Positions 29,438 through 40,366 of a DNA stretch of 64,000 nucleotides are shown here, piece by piece; position 1 is the first letter of the stretch, and each line of letters begins with the position of its first letter. The notes under the pieces were generated by a model, which was not told the origin of the DNA, ran no database searches, and saw nothing but the letters and a program-made list of their open reading frames with translations. The position numbers were made by a program, and so were the translations under genes. This stretch comes from Candidatus Bathyarchaeia archaeon. Its GTDB lineage: Archaea > Thermoproteota > Bathyarchaeia > Bathyarchaeales > Bathycorpusculaceae. The stretch lies in contig JBEKSS010000001.1 of assembly GCA_049516875.1 (NCBI GenBank), positions 128,001-192,000 on the forward strand, written 5' to 3'.

Positions 29438-29752
29438 ATTTCTTCCCCAATGACTCCATCCACGACTCTCTGACCTGTTCAATCGTATTTGGACTTCGGC
29501 AGCTTTGCATCTTTTTCATCCTCTTCCTCGGATTTCCAAGTTCTAACGCTTCTCAGGACAGTCTATCTCCCATGGGAAAATCGAGATACATAAGTCTTGT
29601 TGATTATCGAGTCCCAAGCAAACATGGAGAACACTCTTAAGATGCTAAGACGTGATCTGACGATTTACTTAATTTTCCTAGTTGCATGTTTTTTCTATTC
29701 CCGAAACACACTTATTTGTTTATATCGCTCATAGAAGCAGAGTGAACGCAAC

Positions 29753-29863
29753 ATGGCGGAGATAGTAGAGTGCGTAAATGTTAAGGTTGACAATCTAGCT
29801 GAAGAGCGTATCCTGGAAATAGCCATAGACAATGCTATCGAAAAAGGCGGTGCGTTTGAGTAA
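29753..29863 (+). pseudogene. 36-aa internal-deletion remnant of glutamate formiminotransferase
   Basis: MAEIVECV resembles the FTCD start (M..IVECVPNFSEGR), fused to KVDNLAEERILE.. resembling the FT-domain end; first ORF of the hut operon, stop overlaps the hutI TTG. Confidence 0.6.
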
Positions 29864-31181
29864 GGCTGTCAAAGCAAGAGCACGAGAGAAACTAGACTTG
29901 CTCATTGTAAATGCTAATGAGCTTGTTACGCTTTCGGGTGAGAATCAGAAACCGCGCACAGGAAGGCAGATGCGGGAGATTGGAATAATACGCGATGGCG
30001 GCCTAGCAATCAAGGATGGGAGAATCGTTGCCATCGGAAAAACCACAGACGTTACGAAGGCTTTCAAAGCTGAAAACGTGATAAGCGCAAATGGGAAAAT
30101 TGTTCTCCCGGGCTTTGTTGACCCTCACACGCACCTTGTTTTTGCCGGCTCACGAGAAGATGAGTTTCAGATGCGCATCGAAGGTGCTTCCTACATGGAG
30201 ATCCTCAAGGCTGGAGGAGGCATTTTGAGGACGGTTAGGGAAACGAGAAAGGCGAGCTTTGAGAAACTCGTCGATTACGGCACTGAAACCTTGGATGCAA
30301 TGTTAGAGCACGGAACTACGACTATTGAAGCCAAGAGCGGCTATGGGTTGACGACAAAAGACGAGCTGAAGATGTTAGACGTTATTCAACGTCTGAATCA
30401 ACTACACAGCGTGGACGTCGTACCAACTTTTCTCGGGGCTCACGCCGTTCCGCCTGAATTCTTCAACAACCCGCAAGCTTATGTTAACTTGGTCACCGAG
30501 GAGATGATCCCCAAAGTGAGCGAGAAAGGACTCGCGGAGTTCTGTGATGTCTCTTGTGAGAAAGGTGTGTTCAGTCTAGAACAGGCTAGCCGCATCTTGA
30601 CTGCCGGCAAGAACTCAAGTCTAAAACCCAAGGTTCATGCAGACGAGACGAGCCTGCTGGGCGGAGCAGAGCTTGCAGCAGGTATTGGTGCGGTTTCTGC
30701 AGATAACATGCTTTTCTCCTCTGACGAAGGCATCAAGGCCATGGCTGACAAGGGTGTTGTAGCCGTTCTGCTGCCAGCGACTGCTTTCAGTCTAATGAGC
30801 AACCGATACGTAGATGCTCGCGTAATGATTAACTTCGGAGTCCCGATAGCCTTGGGCACCGACTTCAACCCAAGCTGTTGGGTTGAAAATCAACAGTTGG
30901 TCATAGCGCTCGCTTGTCACTTCATGAAGCTGACACCTGCTGAAGCAATAACGGCGGCCACGATTAACGCTGCGCACGCCATAAACCGAGCAAATGAGGT
31001 TGGCAGTTTGGAAGTGGGAAAGAAGGCTGATGTCACCGTCTTAGATGTGCCGAACCACAAGTTTCTCGGCTATAGGTTTGGCGTGAACCTGGTTGACAAG
31101 GTAATTAAGAACGGAAGGATTGTTGTTGACAAAGAAGCAAGTCGCAGCGATTTTCGACTTTTGGAAGAACAGAAAGTGTGA
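29856..31181 (+). CDS. hutI: Imidazolonepropionase
   Basis: [19 protein letters not shown]...[31 protein letters not shown]. Confidence 0.95.
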   Translation: MSKAVKARAREKLDLLIVNANELVTLSGENQKPRTGRQMREIGIIRDGGLAIKDGRIVAIGKTTDVTKAFKAENVISANGKIVLPGFVDPHTHLVFAGSREDEFQMRIEGASYMEILKAGGGILRTVRETRKASFEKLVDYGTETLDAMLEHGTTTIEAKSGYGLTTKDELKMLDVIQRLNQLHSVDVVPTFLGAHAVPPEFFNNPQAYVNLVTEEMIPKVSEKGLAEFCDVSCEKGVFSLEQASRILTAGKNSSLKPKVHADETSLLGGAELAAGIGAVSADNMLFSSDEGIKAMADKGVVAVLLPATAFSLMSNRYVDARVMINFGVPIALGTDFNPSCWVENQQLVIALACHFMKLTPAEAITAATINAAHAINRANEVGSLEVGKKADVTVLDVPNHKFLGYRFGVNLVDKVIKNGRIVVDKEASRSDFRLLEEQKV

Positions 31182-31258
31182 ATGGGCTTCCATACACTGT
31201 CTGCAGGTCTGGGCAAAGAATTAAAGTGTGGCCTCGCATTCTTGGTTCATGGCGAACT

Positions 31259-32920
31259 GTGTTGGTCAAGCTTGAGAGGCCTGTTCATTGTCTGACCGGG
31301 CAGGAGCTGCGTTGCAAGAATTGGCAGATTGAAGGAATTTTGCGTATGCTCTGTAACGTTGTTGACCCAGAAGTGGCCAAGGATCCTGAAAGACTTATTG
31401 TTTATGGGGGAACTGGCCGAGCTTGTCGGAATTGGGAGTGCTTTGACCGTGTTGTTGACACGCTGACAGAACTCGAGGCCGACGAAACCATGCTTGTCCA
31501 AAGCGGAAAGCCTGTTGCCGTTTTTAAGACACACGTGTGGGCCCCCAGAGCCCTGATCGTCAATTCAATGCTCGTGCCAAAATGGGCCACTTGGGATTAC
31601 TTCTACGAGTTGGAGCAGAAAGGATTGATTATGTATGGACAAATGACCGCTGGGTCGTGGGCGTACATCGGCACTCAGGGCATTTTGCAGGGTACCTACG
31701 AAACGTTAGCCGCGGTTGCAAAGGAACATTTTGGCGGAAGCTTACGCGGAAAACTCGTTTTGACCGCAGGCCTAGGCGAAATGGGAGGTGCACAGCCTTT
31801 GGCCGTCACGATGAACGAAGGCGTCGCATTAATTGTAGAGGTTGATAAGCAAGCGATTGATCGTAGGCTTAAGCATAGGTACTTAGAAATGTGGACCGCC
31901 AGCTTGGAAGAAGCTGTTAAGCTAGCTTCAGAGGCAAAGCAGCAACGCATTCCAAGAAGTATCGGTCTGCTTGGAAACGCGGCAGAAATCTATCCTGAAC
32001 TTCTAAAACGAGGCGTGATCCCGGACGTTCTCACCGACCAGACCAGTGCGCATGATTCTTTGAACGGTTATTATCCAGCTGGCCTGAGCAAAGAAGAGGC
32101 GGATGAACTGAGAAAAAGCGACCCCAAGGAATACTGCCGCCAGGCCAGCAGAAGCATGCGTTTGGAAGTTGAGACCATGGTCAAGATGATGCAGAAAGGT
32201 GCTGTGACTTTTGATTATGGCAACAATCTGCGAGAACAGGCTCACAACGCTGGATTTAAGGAGGCTTACGCTTATCCAGGTTTTGTGCAGCGATATATCA
32301 GACCGATGTTCTGTGAAGGAAAGGGACCGTTTCGCTGGACTTCGCTTGTGGGCAACGAAAATGACATTTACAAGCTGGACGACGTGATTTTGAGAGATTT
32401 TGCATATAACAAAGAACTTTGCCGCTGGATAATGAAAGCCAAGGAAAAGGTGAAGTTCCAAGGTCTACCTGCAAGAGTCTGTTGGCTTGGCTTCGGGGAA
32501 CGAGCAAGATTTGGAAAAACAATCAACCACATGGTTGCCAACGGCAGCCTTTCTGGACCAATTTGGATCGGCAGAGACCATTTGGACGGTGGAAGTGTTG
32601 CTTCACCCAACCGCGAGACCGAGGGCATGAAAGATGGTAGCGACGCGATTGCCGATTGGCCTATACTCAATGCTCTAATAAACGCTGTTGGAGGGGCCAC
32701 ATGGGTCAGCGTGCACCACGGCGGAGGCGTCGGCATAGGCTACAGTATTCACGCCGGAATGTGCTTGGTAGCTGATGGAACCAAAGAAATGGAAAGTCGA
32801 ATAGTAACAGTGTTGACAACAGATCCTGGAATGGCAATAGTCAGACATGCAGATGCTGGCTACGAGAAGGCCATGCGAATCGCAAAAGAGAAGAATGTGA
32901 AAATGCCTATGTTGAAATAG
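31259..32920 (+). CDS. hutU: Urocanate hydratase
   Basis: [30 protein letters not shown]-like, [28 protein letters not shown]. Confidence 0.98.
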   Translation: MLVKLERPVHCLTGQELRCKNWQIEGILRMLCNVVDPEVAKDPERLIVYGGTGRACRNWECFDRVVDTLTELEADETMLVQSGKPVAVFKTHVWAPRALIVNSMLVPKWATWDYFYELEQKGLIMYGQMTAGSWAYIGTQGILQGTYETLAAVAKEHFGGSLRGKLVLTAGLGEMGGAQPLAVTMNEGVALIVEVDKQAIDRRLKHRYLEMWTASLEEAVKLASEAKQQRIPRSIGLLGNAAEIYPELLKRGVIPDVLTDQTSAHDSLNGYYPAGLSKEEADELRKSDPKEYCRQASRSMRLEVETMVKMMQKGAVTFDYGNNLREQAHNAGFKEAYAYPGFVQRYIRPMFCEGKGPFRWTSLVGNENDIYKLDDVILRDFAYNKELCRWIMKAKEKVKFQGLPARVCWLGFGERARFGKTINHMVANGSLSGPIWIGRDHLDGGSVASPNRETEGMKDGSDAIADWPILNALINAVGGATWVSVHHGGGVGIGYSIHAGMCLVADGTKEMESRIVTVLTTDPGMAIVRHADAGYEKAMRIAKEKNVKMPMLK

Positions 32921-32988
32921 GAGCATTCAATACGGAATACGTTGCTGCTTGCGCCACCTGTTGCGACATCTGCGAAGTGAACAAAAAA

Positions 32989-34059
32989 CTAGGTTGTGCT
33001 TGCCTTGACGATTTTGTATCCAGAAGCTTTGCGTAACCTGTTCATAACCGCCAGCCCAAGTCCTTCAAGAGGTACACCCTCAGCAACTATAACATCGACT
33101 CGTTCCGAATCAAACTCCCTCAGATGAGCAAACAAGTTTCTGGCAACACTTGCCAAGTTGCTTCTGCTTCCAAGAGACTTCACGACATCGGCATAATAAC
33201 AGCTTACGGTTTCGTCCGTACATAAAACCCCCACTTTTCTTCCTCTTCTCGTATAATACACTGCCAACTCGTTTACCTTGACGACCACGGCGGACAATTC
33301 GCCTTCAACAACGATCACATTAGCATTGGGCGCATAGTGCTTATGCTTGAGCCCCGGTGAACGAACCTTCTCAACCGGCATAGGTTTCTCAGCCGTCACC
33401 GCGGGATTGAGCTCCACCTTACCAAGAGCCCCTTTCAATGCCTCAAATGGCGTTCCACCTGGACGTAAAACCTGCGGGGGATCAACTGTTACGTCTAGAA
33501 CAGTAGACTCAACGCCGATAACCGTTGGACCGGCATCCAACACTGCATCAATCCTTCCATCCAAATCGTCCAAAACGTGTTTCGCCGTTGTCGGGCTCGG
33601 TTTGCCAGCAAGGTTCGCGCTCGGCGCAGAAATTGGACACTTGCTCTCGCCAATTAGTGCCAAAGCGACATTGTGTCTAGGCATCCTCACCGCTATTGTG
33701 TCCAAGCCCGCCACAGTCACAGCGGGTACAATCCTTGAACGTTTGAAAATCAAAGTCAAGGGCCCTGGCCAAAATACCGCCATCAGCCTCTCAGCTCTTG
33801 TAGGAATCTCTTCGGCCAGTCTGTAGACATCCTTTATGTCGCAAACATGCACAATCGGCGGGTTGTCTAACGGACGTTTCTTCGCCTCAAAAAGTGCCAA
33901 GACCGCCTTTGCATTCAAAGCATCGGCCCCCAAGCCATACACAGTTTCTGTGGGAAAAGCTACCAAACCGCCTGTCCTGATGAACTTCGCTGCAACGCGG
34001 ACTTTCTCGATTTCGGGGGCCTGCGGATCGACCTTTAACAACACCGTTTTCTTCATCAA
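32989..34059 (-). CDS. sua5: Threonylcarbamoyl-AMP synthase Sua5
   Basis: AFPTETVYGLG, KKRP.DNP, APSAN.G.PSPT, PG.K..HYAP. Confidence 0.97.
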   Translation of the reverse strand: MMKKTVLLKVDPQAPEIEKVRVAAKFIRTGGLVAFPTETVYGLGADALNAKAVLALFEAKKRPLDNPPIVHVCDIKDVYRLAEEIPTRAERLMAVFWPGPLTLIFKRSRIVPAVTVAGLDTIAVRMPRHNVALALIGESKCPISAPSANLAGKPSPTTAKHVLDDLDGRIDAVLDAGPTVIGVESTVLDVTVDPPQVLRPGGTPFEALKGALGKVELNPAVTAEKPMPVEKVRSPGLKHKHYAPNANVIVVEGELSAVVVKVNELAVYYTRRGRKVGVLCTDETVSCYYADVVKSLGSRSNLASVARNLFAHLREFDSERVDVIVAEGVPLEGLGLAVMNRLRKASGYKIVKASTT

Positions 34060-34129
34060 ACAAGGGTAGAATAATATCTTAGCATTTAAACCTCGTCAAG
34101 ATGGAACACGAAGAGACGTAGAAATATGC

Positions 34130-34636
34130 TCAGACAACGTAACGGTCAATGATTTTCTTCATGCTCTTCGGTGCAGCTTGTTTAGCGGCAAGCTGTTTCA
34201 ATATTGATATCACTTGAGGTTGAAAACGAGCAATATCCGTCAGACTCACGAGCCCCACCAGCCGCTTTCCTTCAACCACAGGCAACTTCTTGATTTTCAT
34301 CTGAAACATCAACTTCACTGCTTCACCCAAATCCATGTTTGGCTCAGCAACAACCAAGGGACTGGTCATTGCATCTTTCACCTTTGTCTTGACCGCATCC
34401 TTCCCGCCTGCAACAATCCGCTTCAGAATGTCTCTTTCAGTCAATATCCCCATGGCCTTCCCCTTTCTGACGGCAATCAAGCAGCCTATTTCAAACTTGT
34501 TCATAACATCGGCAGCTTCTTTAACCGTCACGTTATCATCTATTGTCACTACTTCCTTTACCATCACGTCCTCAACTCTTAACGTTACCTCGCCCTCTTT
34601 CTCCTTAACTTCATCTTTCGACAACTGAACCACCAA
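34130..34636 (-). CDS. CBS-domain pair protein
   Basis: V.DVM, GILTERDIL, LPVV...LVGLVS..DI. Confidence 0.9.
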   Translation of the reverse strand: MVVQLSKDEVKEKEGEVTLRVEDVMVKEVVTIDDNVTVKEAADVMNKFEIGCLIAVRKGKAMGILTERDILKRIVAGGKDAVKTKVKDAMTSPLVVAEPNMDLGEAVKLMFQMKIKKLPVVEGKRLVGLVSLTDIARFQPQVISILKQLAAKQAAPKSMKKIIDRYVV

Positions 34637-34689
34637 ATCTCGTATCAGTTATTCACACAAATATATAAACTCTGCACAACTTTCTAACC

Positions 34690-36030
34690 TTAGAGACCAT
34701 GCAGCCTGCCTGTGAGCGCTTCTGTCCGCTTCCCAACCGAGATTTTTGCCCTCTCGAATTTTTCCTTAGGCTTGGCAAACGGTCTCGTTGCGTCAACGCC
34801 AACTTTTGTTGTCAGACCTGTTTCCTGATCTGCGGATGAATCCAAGGTTGATCCGCGCACGTTATTGACAACAACTAGGTCTTTACTAGCCTGGAAACGG
34901 GTCGCAATAGCCCACTCAACACTGGAAATGTCAAACACATCGATGTCGGGATCCACAACAACTGCGTGCTTCAGGCTGGGATGAGCGGCAAAAGCTGCCA
35001 TCAAAACATTCTTTCCATCGCCATCAAGTTGCTTTTCAACAGAAATCACTGCGTGCAGCCATCCACTTCCACCAACAGAAAGATTAACCGCATGGACTTT
35101 GGGGACGACCTTTGAAACCGCTTCCCAGATGAACACCTCATGCGGCACTCCCATCAGAAGCCTGTGCTCCGCCCCGGACGGCAAAAGCCCATGATAAATG
35201 TAATCTATCCGCTGCATAACACCAACAACGGCCACGATTGGCTGTTTCCTCTGCGCATCATACGTTCCCGTGATATCCACGAAAGGCCCCTCAACCGCCT
35301 CTTTCGTCGCCGAAATCCTTCCTTCCAGCACAAGTTCCGCACCAGCAGGAGAGCAGGCATCCACATTTTCACACTCAACCAGGCTAAGACCACCATCCAT
35401 CAAAGCATTTGCAACGTCAAACTCGCACACGTCGAATGGGACAGGAGAGGCAGCAGCCAGCAAAACCGCAGGATGCACGCCGATAGAAATCGCCACATCA
35501 AGATCCTTCCCCGCTTCTTTCGCTTTCCGCCACAACTGAAAAAGATGTCTTGGAACTAAACGAATCGCCAGATGATTCTTATCCAAGACTTGAAGGCGAT
35601 GCACCGAAACATTCTCGATTTTTCCATCAACACTTTTCGCGTGAACAACGGCTGAAGTGATGTACGGGGCTGCATCTTTTTCGAAGTGTGTCAAAATCGG
35701 GATAGTTGACAAGTCAACAATTCTCATCTTTTTCGCGGCGCCGTCTTCGACTACCTTCGCTTTCTTCGGCCAGTGCCATGCTTTGATCAATTTTTCGTAG
35801 AGCTCATCTTGGCCAACGTCAAGTGCCCTGCACATCCTCCTTCGCGTTCCACAAACGTTAGTGGCGACCTTTCTTTCACTGCCTTTTATTCGTTCGAAGA
35901 GTAGAATTGGACCCTCGTTGTCAAAGCTTTTCGAAACATAGGAGATTTCAAAACGGGGGGAGACCTCCGCCTTCACGTGCAGAACATCTTTCTCCTTTTC
36001 TGATATTTCAAGGAAGTCTCTGAGGCTCAC
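34690..36030 (-). CDS. UbiD-family prFMN decarboxylase (candidate anhydromevalonate-phosphate decarboxylase)
   Basis: N.SVHRLQV, EGPFVDITGTYD, VVDPDID, WA.ATR, K.G.DAT. Confidence 0.88.
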   Translation of the reverse strand: MSLRDFLEISEKEKDVLHVKAEVSPRFEISYVSKSFDNEGPILLFERIKGSERKVATNVCGTRRRMCRALDVGQDELYEKLIKAWHWPKKAKVVEDGAAKKMRIVDLSTIPILTHFEKDAAPYITSAVVHAKSVDGKIENVSVHRLQVLDKNHLAIRLVPRHLFQLWRKAKEAGKDLDVAISIGVHPAVLLAAASPVPFDVCEFDVANALMDGGLSLVECENVDACSPAGAELVLEGRISATKEAVEGPFVDITGTYDAQRKQPIVAVVGVMQRIDYIYHGLLPSGAEHRLLMGVPHEVFIWEAVSKVVPKVHAVNLSVGGSGWLHAVISVEKQLDGDGKNVLMAAFAAHPSLKHAVVVDPDIDVFDISSVEWAIATRFQASKDLVVVNNVRGSTLDSSADQETGLTTKVGVDATRPFAKPKEKFERAKISVGKRTEALTGRLHGL

Positions 36031-36398
36031 GCCGTCACTCCCTCCTTCTGCGGCTCGTCATGAGAAACCCTTTCTACTAGTCTTTTTAAGACTGACTGTG
36101 CTTGTCTTTCATCCATCGATTCCAAGTAAACAGAAACGAGTGCTATCTTCCCTTTTCTCGCGGCCAAATACTCGGCAAACATTCGGGCTGAAGTTGCGTT
36201 TTTATCGCCGACAAGAATCGATGAAGATGGAGGCCCAAGCAAGTCTTTAGGTCTTGGAACGGCAATTGCTAGTGTTCCAAGTTTGTCTTCTCTTTCGCTC
36301 AGCAGAGCCAAACATGAATTCTTGGCCTCCATGTAAACTACAAGGAAATGCCTGTCCTGTTCAGTTATTTCATCTTTCACGACCCGTGCGCGTTCCAT
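36027..36398 (-). CDS. Proteasome assembly chaperone 4 (PAC4/PSMG4)-like protein
   Basis: LGTLAIAVP...SSSILVGD...ARMFAEYLAARKGKIALVSVYL resembles the PAC4 core as I recall it. Confidence 0.6.
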   Translation of the reverse strand: MERARVVKDEITEQDRHFLVVYMEAKNSCLALLSEREDKLGTLAIAVPRPKDLLGPPSSSILVGDKNATSARMFAEYLAARKGKIALVSVYLESMDERQAQSVLKRLVERVSHDEPQKEGVTA

Positions 36399-36470
36399 GG
36401 TTAATCTCCATTGCTTATTAGTAGCTTCATGCATTCACTATTTATCACTTTCAAAGGCTGAAGCAGCCAG

Positions 36471-37133
36471 ATGACGGACAACCGCCTGAAGAAGATTTTG
36501 GAGGTGCTTCGAAAAATCTTCATCATGCCAAAGTGGATAGCGTCGAGTGAAGACCCTTTTGAAACATTGATCGTTACGATAATCTCGCAGAATACAGCCG
36601 ACAGAAACACTGCAAGGGCTTTCGAAAACCTTTCGAAAAAGTTCAAGATAACCCCCGAAGCACTTACGAAGGCTAAGGAAAAGGACATTGAAGAATGCTT
36701 GAAAGTTGCAGGTTTGTACAGGAACAAGGCCAAAACAATAAAGCGCGTTTCAAAAACGATTCTCGAAAGATACCAAGGAGACTTGAAATCCATTCTGTCA
36801 CCGCCAATTGAAGAAGCTAGAGAGACGCTCATGCAGTTTCCAGGCGTCGGACCCAAAACAGCAGACGTTGTGCTTCTCTTCTGCGCAAAACAGAACACCA
36901 TCCCCGTTGACACTCACGTTAACCGCGTTTCAAAACGGTTAGGCCTTGCCCCGGCAAAAGGAAACTACGAGGCAGTTCGCAGAGCACTACAGTCAATTTA
37001 TGATCCAAAAGATTATCTGGCAGTCCACGTTCTGCTGATTTTGCACGGCAGAAAATACTGCAAGGCAAGAGCCCCCATGTGCAAAGAATGCCCGATAAAC
37101 ATGTGCTGCCCCTCGAGGCAACCTCTGGAATAG
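36471..37133 (+). CDS. nth: Endonuclease III
   Basis: IISQNT.D, HhH PGVGPKTA, PVDTHV.RV, CxxxxxxCxxCxxxxxC Fe-S motif. Confidence 0.96.
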   Translation: MTDNRLKKILEVLRKIFIMPKWIASSEDPFETLIVTIISQNTADRNTARAFENLSKKFKITPEALTKAKEKDIEECLKVAGLYRNKAKTIKRVSKTILERYQGDLKSILSPPIEEARETLMQFPGVGPKTADVVLLFCAKQNTIPVDTHVNRVSKRLGLAPAKGNYEAVRRALQSIYDPKDYLAVHVLLILHGRKYCKARAPMCKECPINMCCPSRQPLE

Positions 37134-37135
37134 GA

Positions 37136-39066
37136 ATGACTGAGTTAGCCAGAAATATTGCAGACTTCTTTCCATATGCAGAAGTGAGACCGTTTCAAGA
37201 CCAGTTCATCAAGACTGTCTTCAGTGCAGTTGAAGAAGGTTGTTCGGTCGCGGTTGAAGGAAGCAACGGCCTTGGAAAACCATCGCAGCACTGTCGGCAT
37301 GCCTTCCAAAAGCCTTAGAGAAGAACTTGAAGATATTGTATGTTGCACGCGCACACCGCCAACACGACCGAGTTATCGAAGAACTGAAAAACATTTCAAG
37401 GAAAAAAAGCATCTCGCGTCTTTCAGTTCGTGGAAGACATGAAATGTGCCTAACCGGTTTGTGAGGGACAACGCACAAGACGCTAGAGCAGTCAGGGATA
37501 TCTGTGAACTTCTAAAGGCAAAAAACCGATGCCTATACTATCGAAACATTGAAGAGAAAAAAAAGCCAGTGTTCTCAAGTCCAACAGCACATCGTCTCTC
37601 AACCCCGCAGTGCATCAGAAATCCTAACAGTCTGTAGAAACAAAGGCTTCTGTCCATATGAACTAACAAAGACCTGCCTAGCAGACGTTAACGTGCTCGC
37701 ACTGAGCTACCTTTATGTCTTGGAGCCAGCAATACGCACTGCTTTCTTAAAGAACCTAGATGTTCCTCTGGACAAAACAATCCTAATCGTTGATGAGGCC
37801 CACAACCTTCCCTAAACAGCCCATGGAATTGCAAACAGTTCCCTGACCATGTTCGCCGTTAAACAGGCACAAGCCGAAGCAGAAGAGTTCAAACATAAAG
37901 ACATAGAGACATTCGCGAGAACAATCCAAAACGAAATTGCAGACATTGCGGAAAGAATCCAGAAAGAAGCGCGTGTTGCACCAGAGTCACTAGTCGAGCT
38001 TGTCCGAGAAAAGGGTGGTATAGACAACCCCCAGAGTTTTTTTGAATATTTGTGCGCAACTGGAAACACGATCAGGCGAAACCTGCTCGTCGATGGGAAA
38101 TTTCCACGATCCTCCATCCTTTCGGTAGGCAACTTTCTCATGAAATGGATGGAGACAGCTGAAGATGACTCTTTCATCAACGTCATCGCAAAGTACAAGT
38201 CCAAAAGAGGTGCAGACGCCGCAAGACTTGAGATAGTGGCCCTAGATCCCTCAAAGATAACGGAACCCATTTTCTCCGAAGCCTATTCAAACATTGCTTT
38301 GTCAGGAACACTTCAACCTCTAGAAGCATATATACAAATAACGAAGCTCCCAGAAAACACTGCGAAAAAAGTTGTATCCTCACCATTCCCAAAGGAACAT
38401 GTTCTGCCGCTTGTATGCTGCGACGTCACAACGGCAATGGAAAAACGAACAGCACAGATGTACCGTACAATAATAAACCACATAAAGGAGGTTGTTCAGA
38501 ACACTACTGGAAACACAGGAGTCTTCGCTGCCTCCTTTCAGGTTCTAGAAGCCCTGCGGGCAAGCAGAATGGATGAGAAGCTACAAAAACCGATCTTCTG
38601 CGAGCACAGGGCATGAGCTCCAAAGAAAACGAGAAAATGGTCGATGAATTCAAGGCATGTGCTCAGCGGGATGGCGCCGTACTTCTGGGAGTGCAAGGCG
38701 GCCGCTCGTCAGAGGGTGTGGATTTTCCAGGAGACGAAATGAATTCCGTGGTAATCGTGGGCATGCCCTATGCCGAACCAACTCCGAAAGTCAAGGCTCA
38801 GATTAGCTACTTTGAATAGCATTACCCTGGGCTTGGCCGCGAATATGGGTATGTTATTCCCGCGATGAAAAAGGCTTCTCAAGCTGCTGGCCGGCCTATT
38901 AGAACATTGGAAGATAAAGTGGCAATGGTTTTTCTTGACGATCGTTTCTCCGCGCCTTACTGTCGGCGATTCTTTCCTTTGTGGATACGCGAGAACTTAA
39001 ATTCTGCCAAAAGAAGAAGGAATAATATCACGGGAGCTTCGGCGTCTTTTCAGAAGAGTTTCTTGA
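37136..39066 (+). pseudogene. xpd: XPD/Rad3/DinG helicase, disrupted
   Basis: FPY..RPFQ, GLGK(T), CPY, IVDEAHNLP, LSGTLQP, EGVDFPG, QAAGRPIR spread over several frames; in-frame TAA at 37813 and TAG at 38817. Confidence 0.9.
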
Positions 39067-40366
39067 ACGACGCAAAATCTATTTGGTTTTCTTCCTCAAT
39101 TGTAGGGATTTCTTTCATGTTCTTGTCGAGCTTGACCTTTCCCAAGGCAAGCACGCAGATGTCTCTTGAAACAGGTGTTGATACCTTCACGCTTTTCCTC
39201 AGATAATCAATCTCCTGCAGGACGCCTACACCGAGAAACTTCCGTTTTGAATCGTACATGCCTGCAAGCAATCCTTCTTCTTCACCTTTCCGGGCTACGA
39301 CAACCTTCTTCTTCGTGTATTCCTCAACCTTCTTAACGTTGTCAGTATTGATCCAACGTCTTCTGCCAATGATTATGCAGACCCTGTCGCTTCGTTCGGA
39401 GAGTTGTAGAGGCTTCATCCCTAAGAGCCCGTAAATCTTGCTTGCCTGCCCAGCGTTCATGCGCGTTTTGCATATGTCGAACAGTTCATTTCCCTCAAAT
39501 TTCAACCAGCTTAACGAAAGCGACTGCACCTTTGCATTTCCTAGGTACTTTATGTAGCCGAGCTCGCGCAGGCTTCTGCGCTTTTCGATATCTCTTTGCC
39601 GTATAGCAGAAGGTGACTCAGCAACGACTTTCTTGAACTTTCCAAGTCCACTAATGAGAGGGGCAAGTTCATCTTTCTGTTGGATACAGAAAATAATATC
39701 CGGGTTAAGCTCCTCTATTAGCTGAATCTTGTAGTTTACAGCGCATTCTCCTTCGACCCAACCGTCCGTGTTTATCACCACAAATTCAGCGTTGCTGCCC
39801 AGAATCTCCTTTTTCAAGAAGGCCATAGCCGCGATTACTTTGTCCGTAACTTTGCTTGGCGACGTCTCCCCGACGAAGAAAGCGTTTTTCGCACGCAAGC
39901 TGAACAAATCAGTTATTGGCCGAGTGACGAAAGCGTAGGCGACTGTGGATGGCGGTCCTATGTCTGATTGACCCAAGTCTCCGTCCAAAACTGCCACTTT
40001 CCGCTTTTCACCCAACACTCTGTTTACCAAGTATGTGCAGAAGCTTGTTTTTCCAGAATCAACAGTGCCAAGCACAACTGCTGTAATAGGCTTTGCCTGT
40101 AAATTCAGGAACTCTTCGCATGATTGATTCCATGAAGGAGGAACTGTGTTTCCTTCAACCTCTTCTGCCGAAGCGGTGTCTCCCAACGCGATTTCGAAGG
40201 CAGCTGTTTCTTCCACTGCGAAAGGTAGTCTCTTGCCTTCTCTTATCACGACCTTGGTTGTCCCGCTAATCACTGAACCAAATGCTTCCACCTTTCCTGA
40301 GGTCACAGTGACGGACGCTGGTCCGTCAACCAGCAGAGTCGTTCCTTTTTTAACTGTCCGATTCAT
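39050..40366 (-). CDS. Clp1/Grc3/Nol9-family polynucleotide 5'-kinase
   Basis: G..DSGKT, DGDLGQSDIGPP, INTDGW, R...RR..RE. Confidence 0.93.
   Translation of the reverse strand: MNRTVKKGTTLLVDGPASVTVTSGKVEAFGSVISGTTKVVIREGKRLPFAVEETAAFEIALGDTASAEEVEGNTVPPSWNQSCEEFLNLQAKPITAVVLGTVDSGKTSFCTYLVNRVLGEKRKVAVLDGDLGQSDIGPPSTVAYAFVTRPITDLFSLRAKNAFFVGETSPSKVTDKVIAAMAFLKKEILGSNAEFVVINTDGWVEGECAVNYKIQLIEELNPDIIFCIQQKDELAPLISGLGKFKKVVAESPSAIRQRDIEKRRSLRELGYIKYLGNAKVQSLSLSWLKFEGNELFDICKTRMNAGQASKIYGLLGMKPLQLSERSDRVCIIIGRRRWINTDNVKKVEEYTKKKVVVARKGEEEGLLAGMYDSKRKFLGVGVLQEIDYLRKSVKVSTPVSRDICVLALGKVKLDKNMKEIPTIEEENQIDFASFKKLF

Noticed and set aside
29770-29780. 11-nt complement (GTGCGTAAATG) of the sRNA D guide inside the ftcd remnant
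   Set aside because: Single short match; an rRNA target is more parsimonious, so treated as chance
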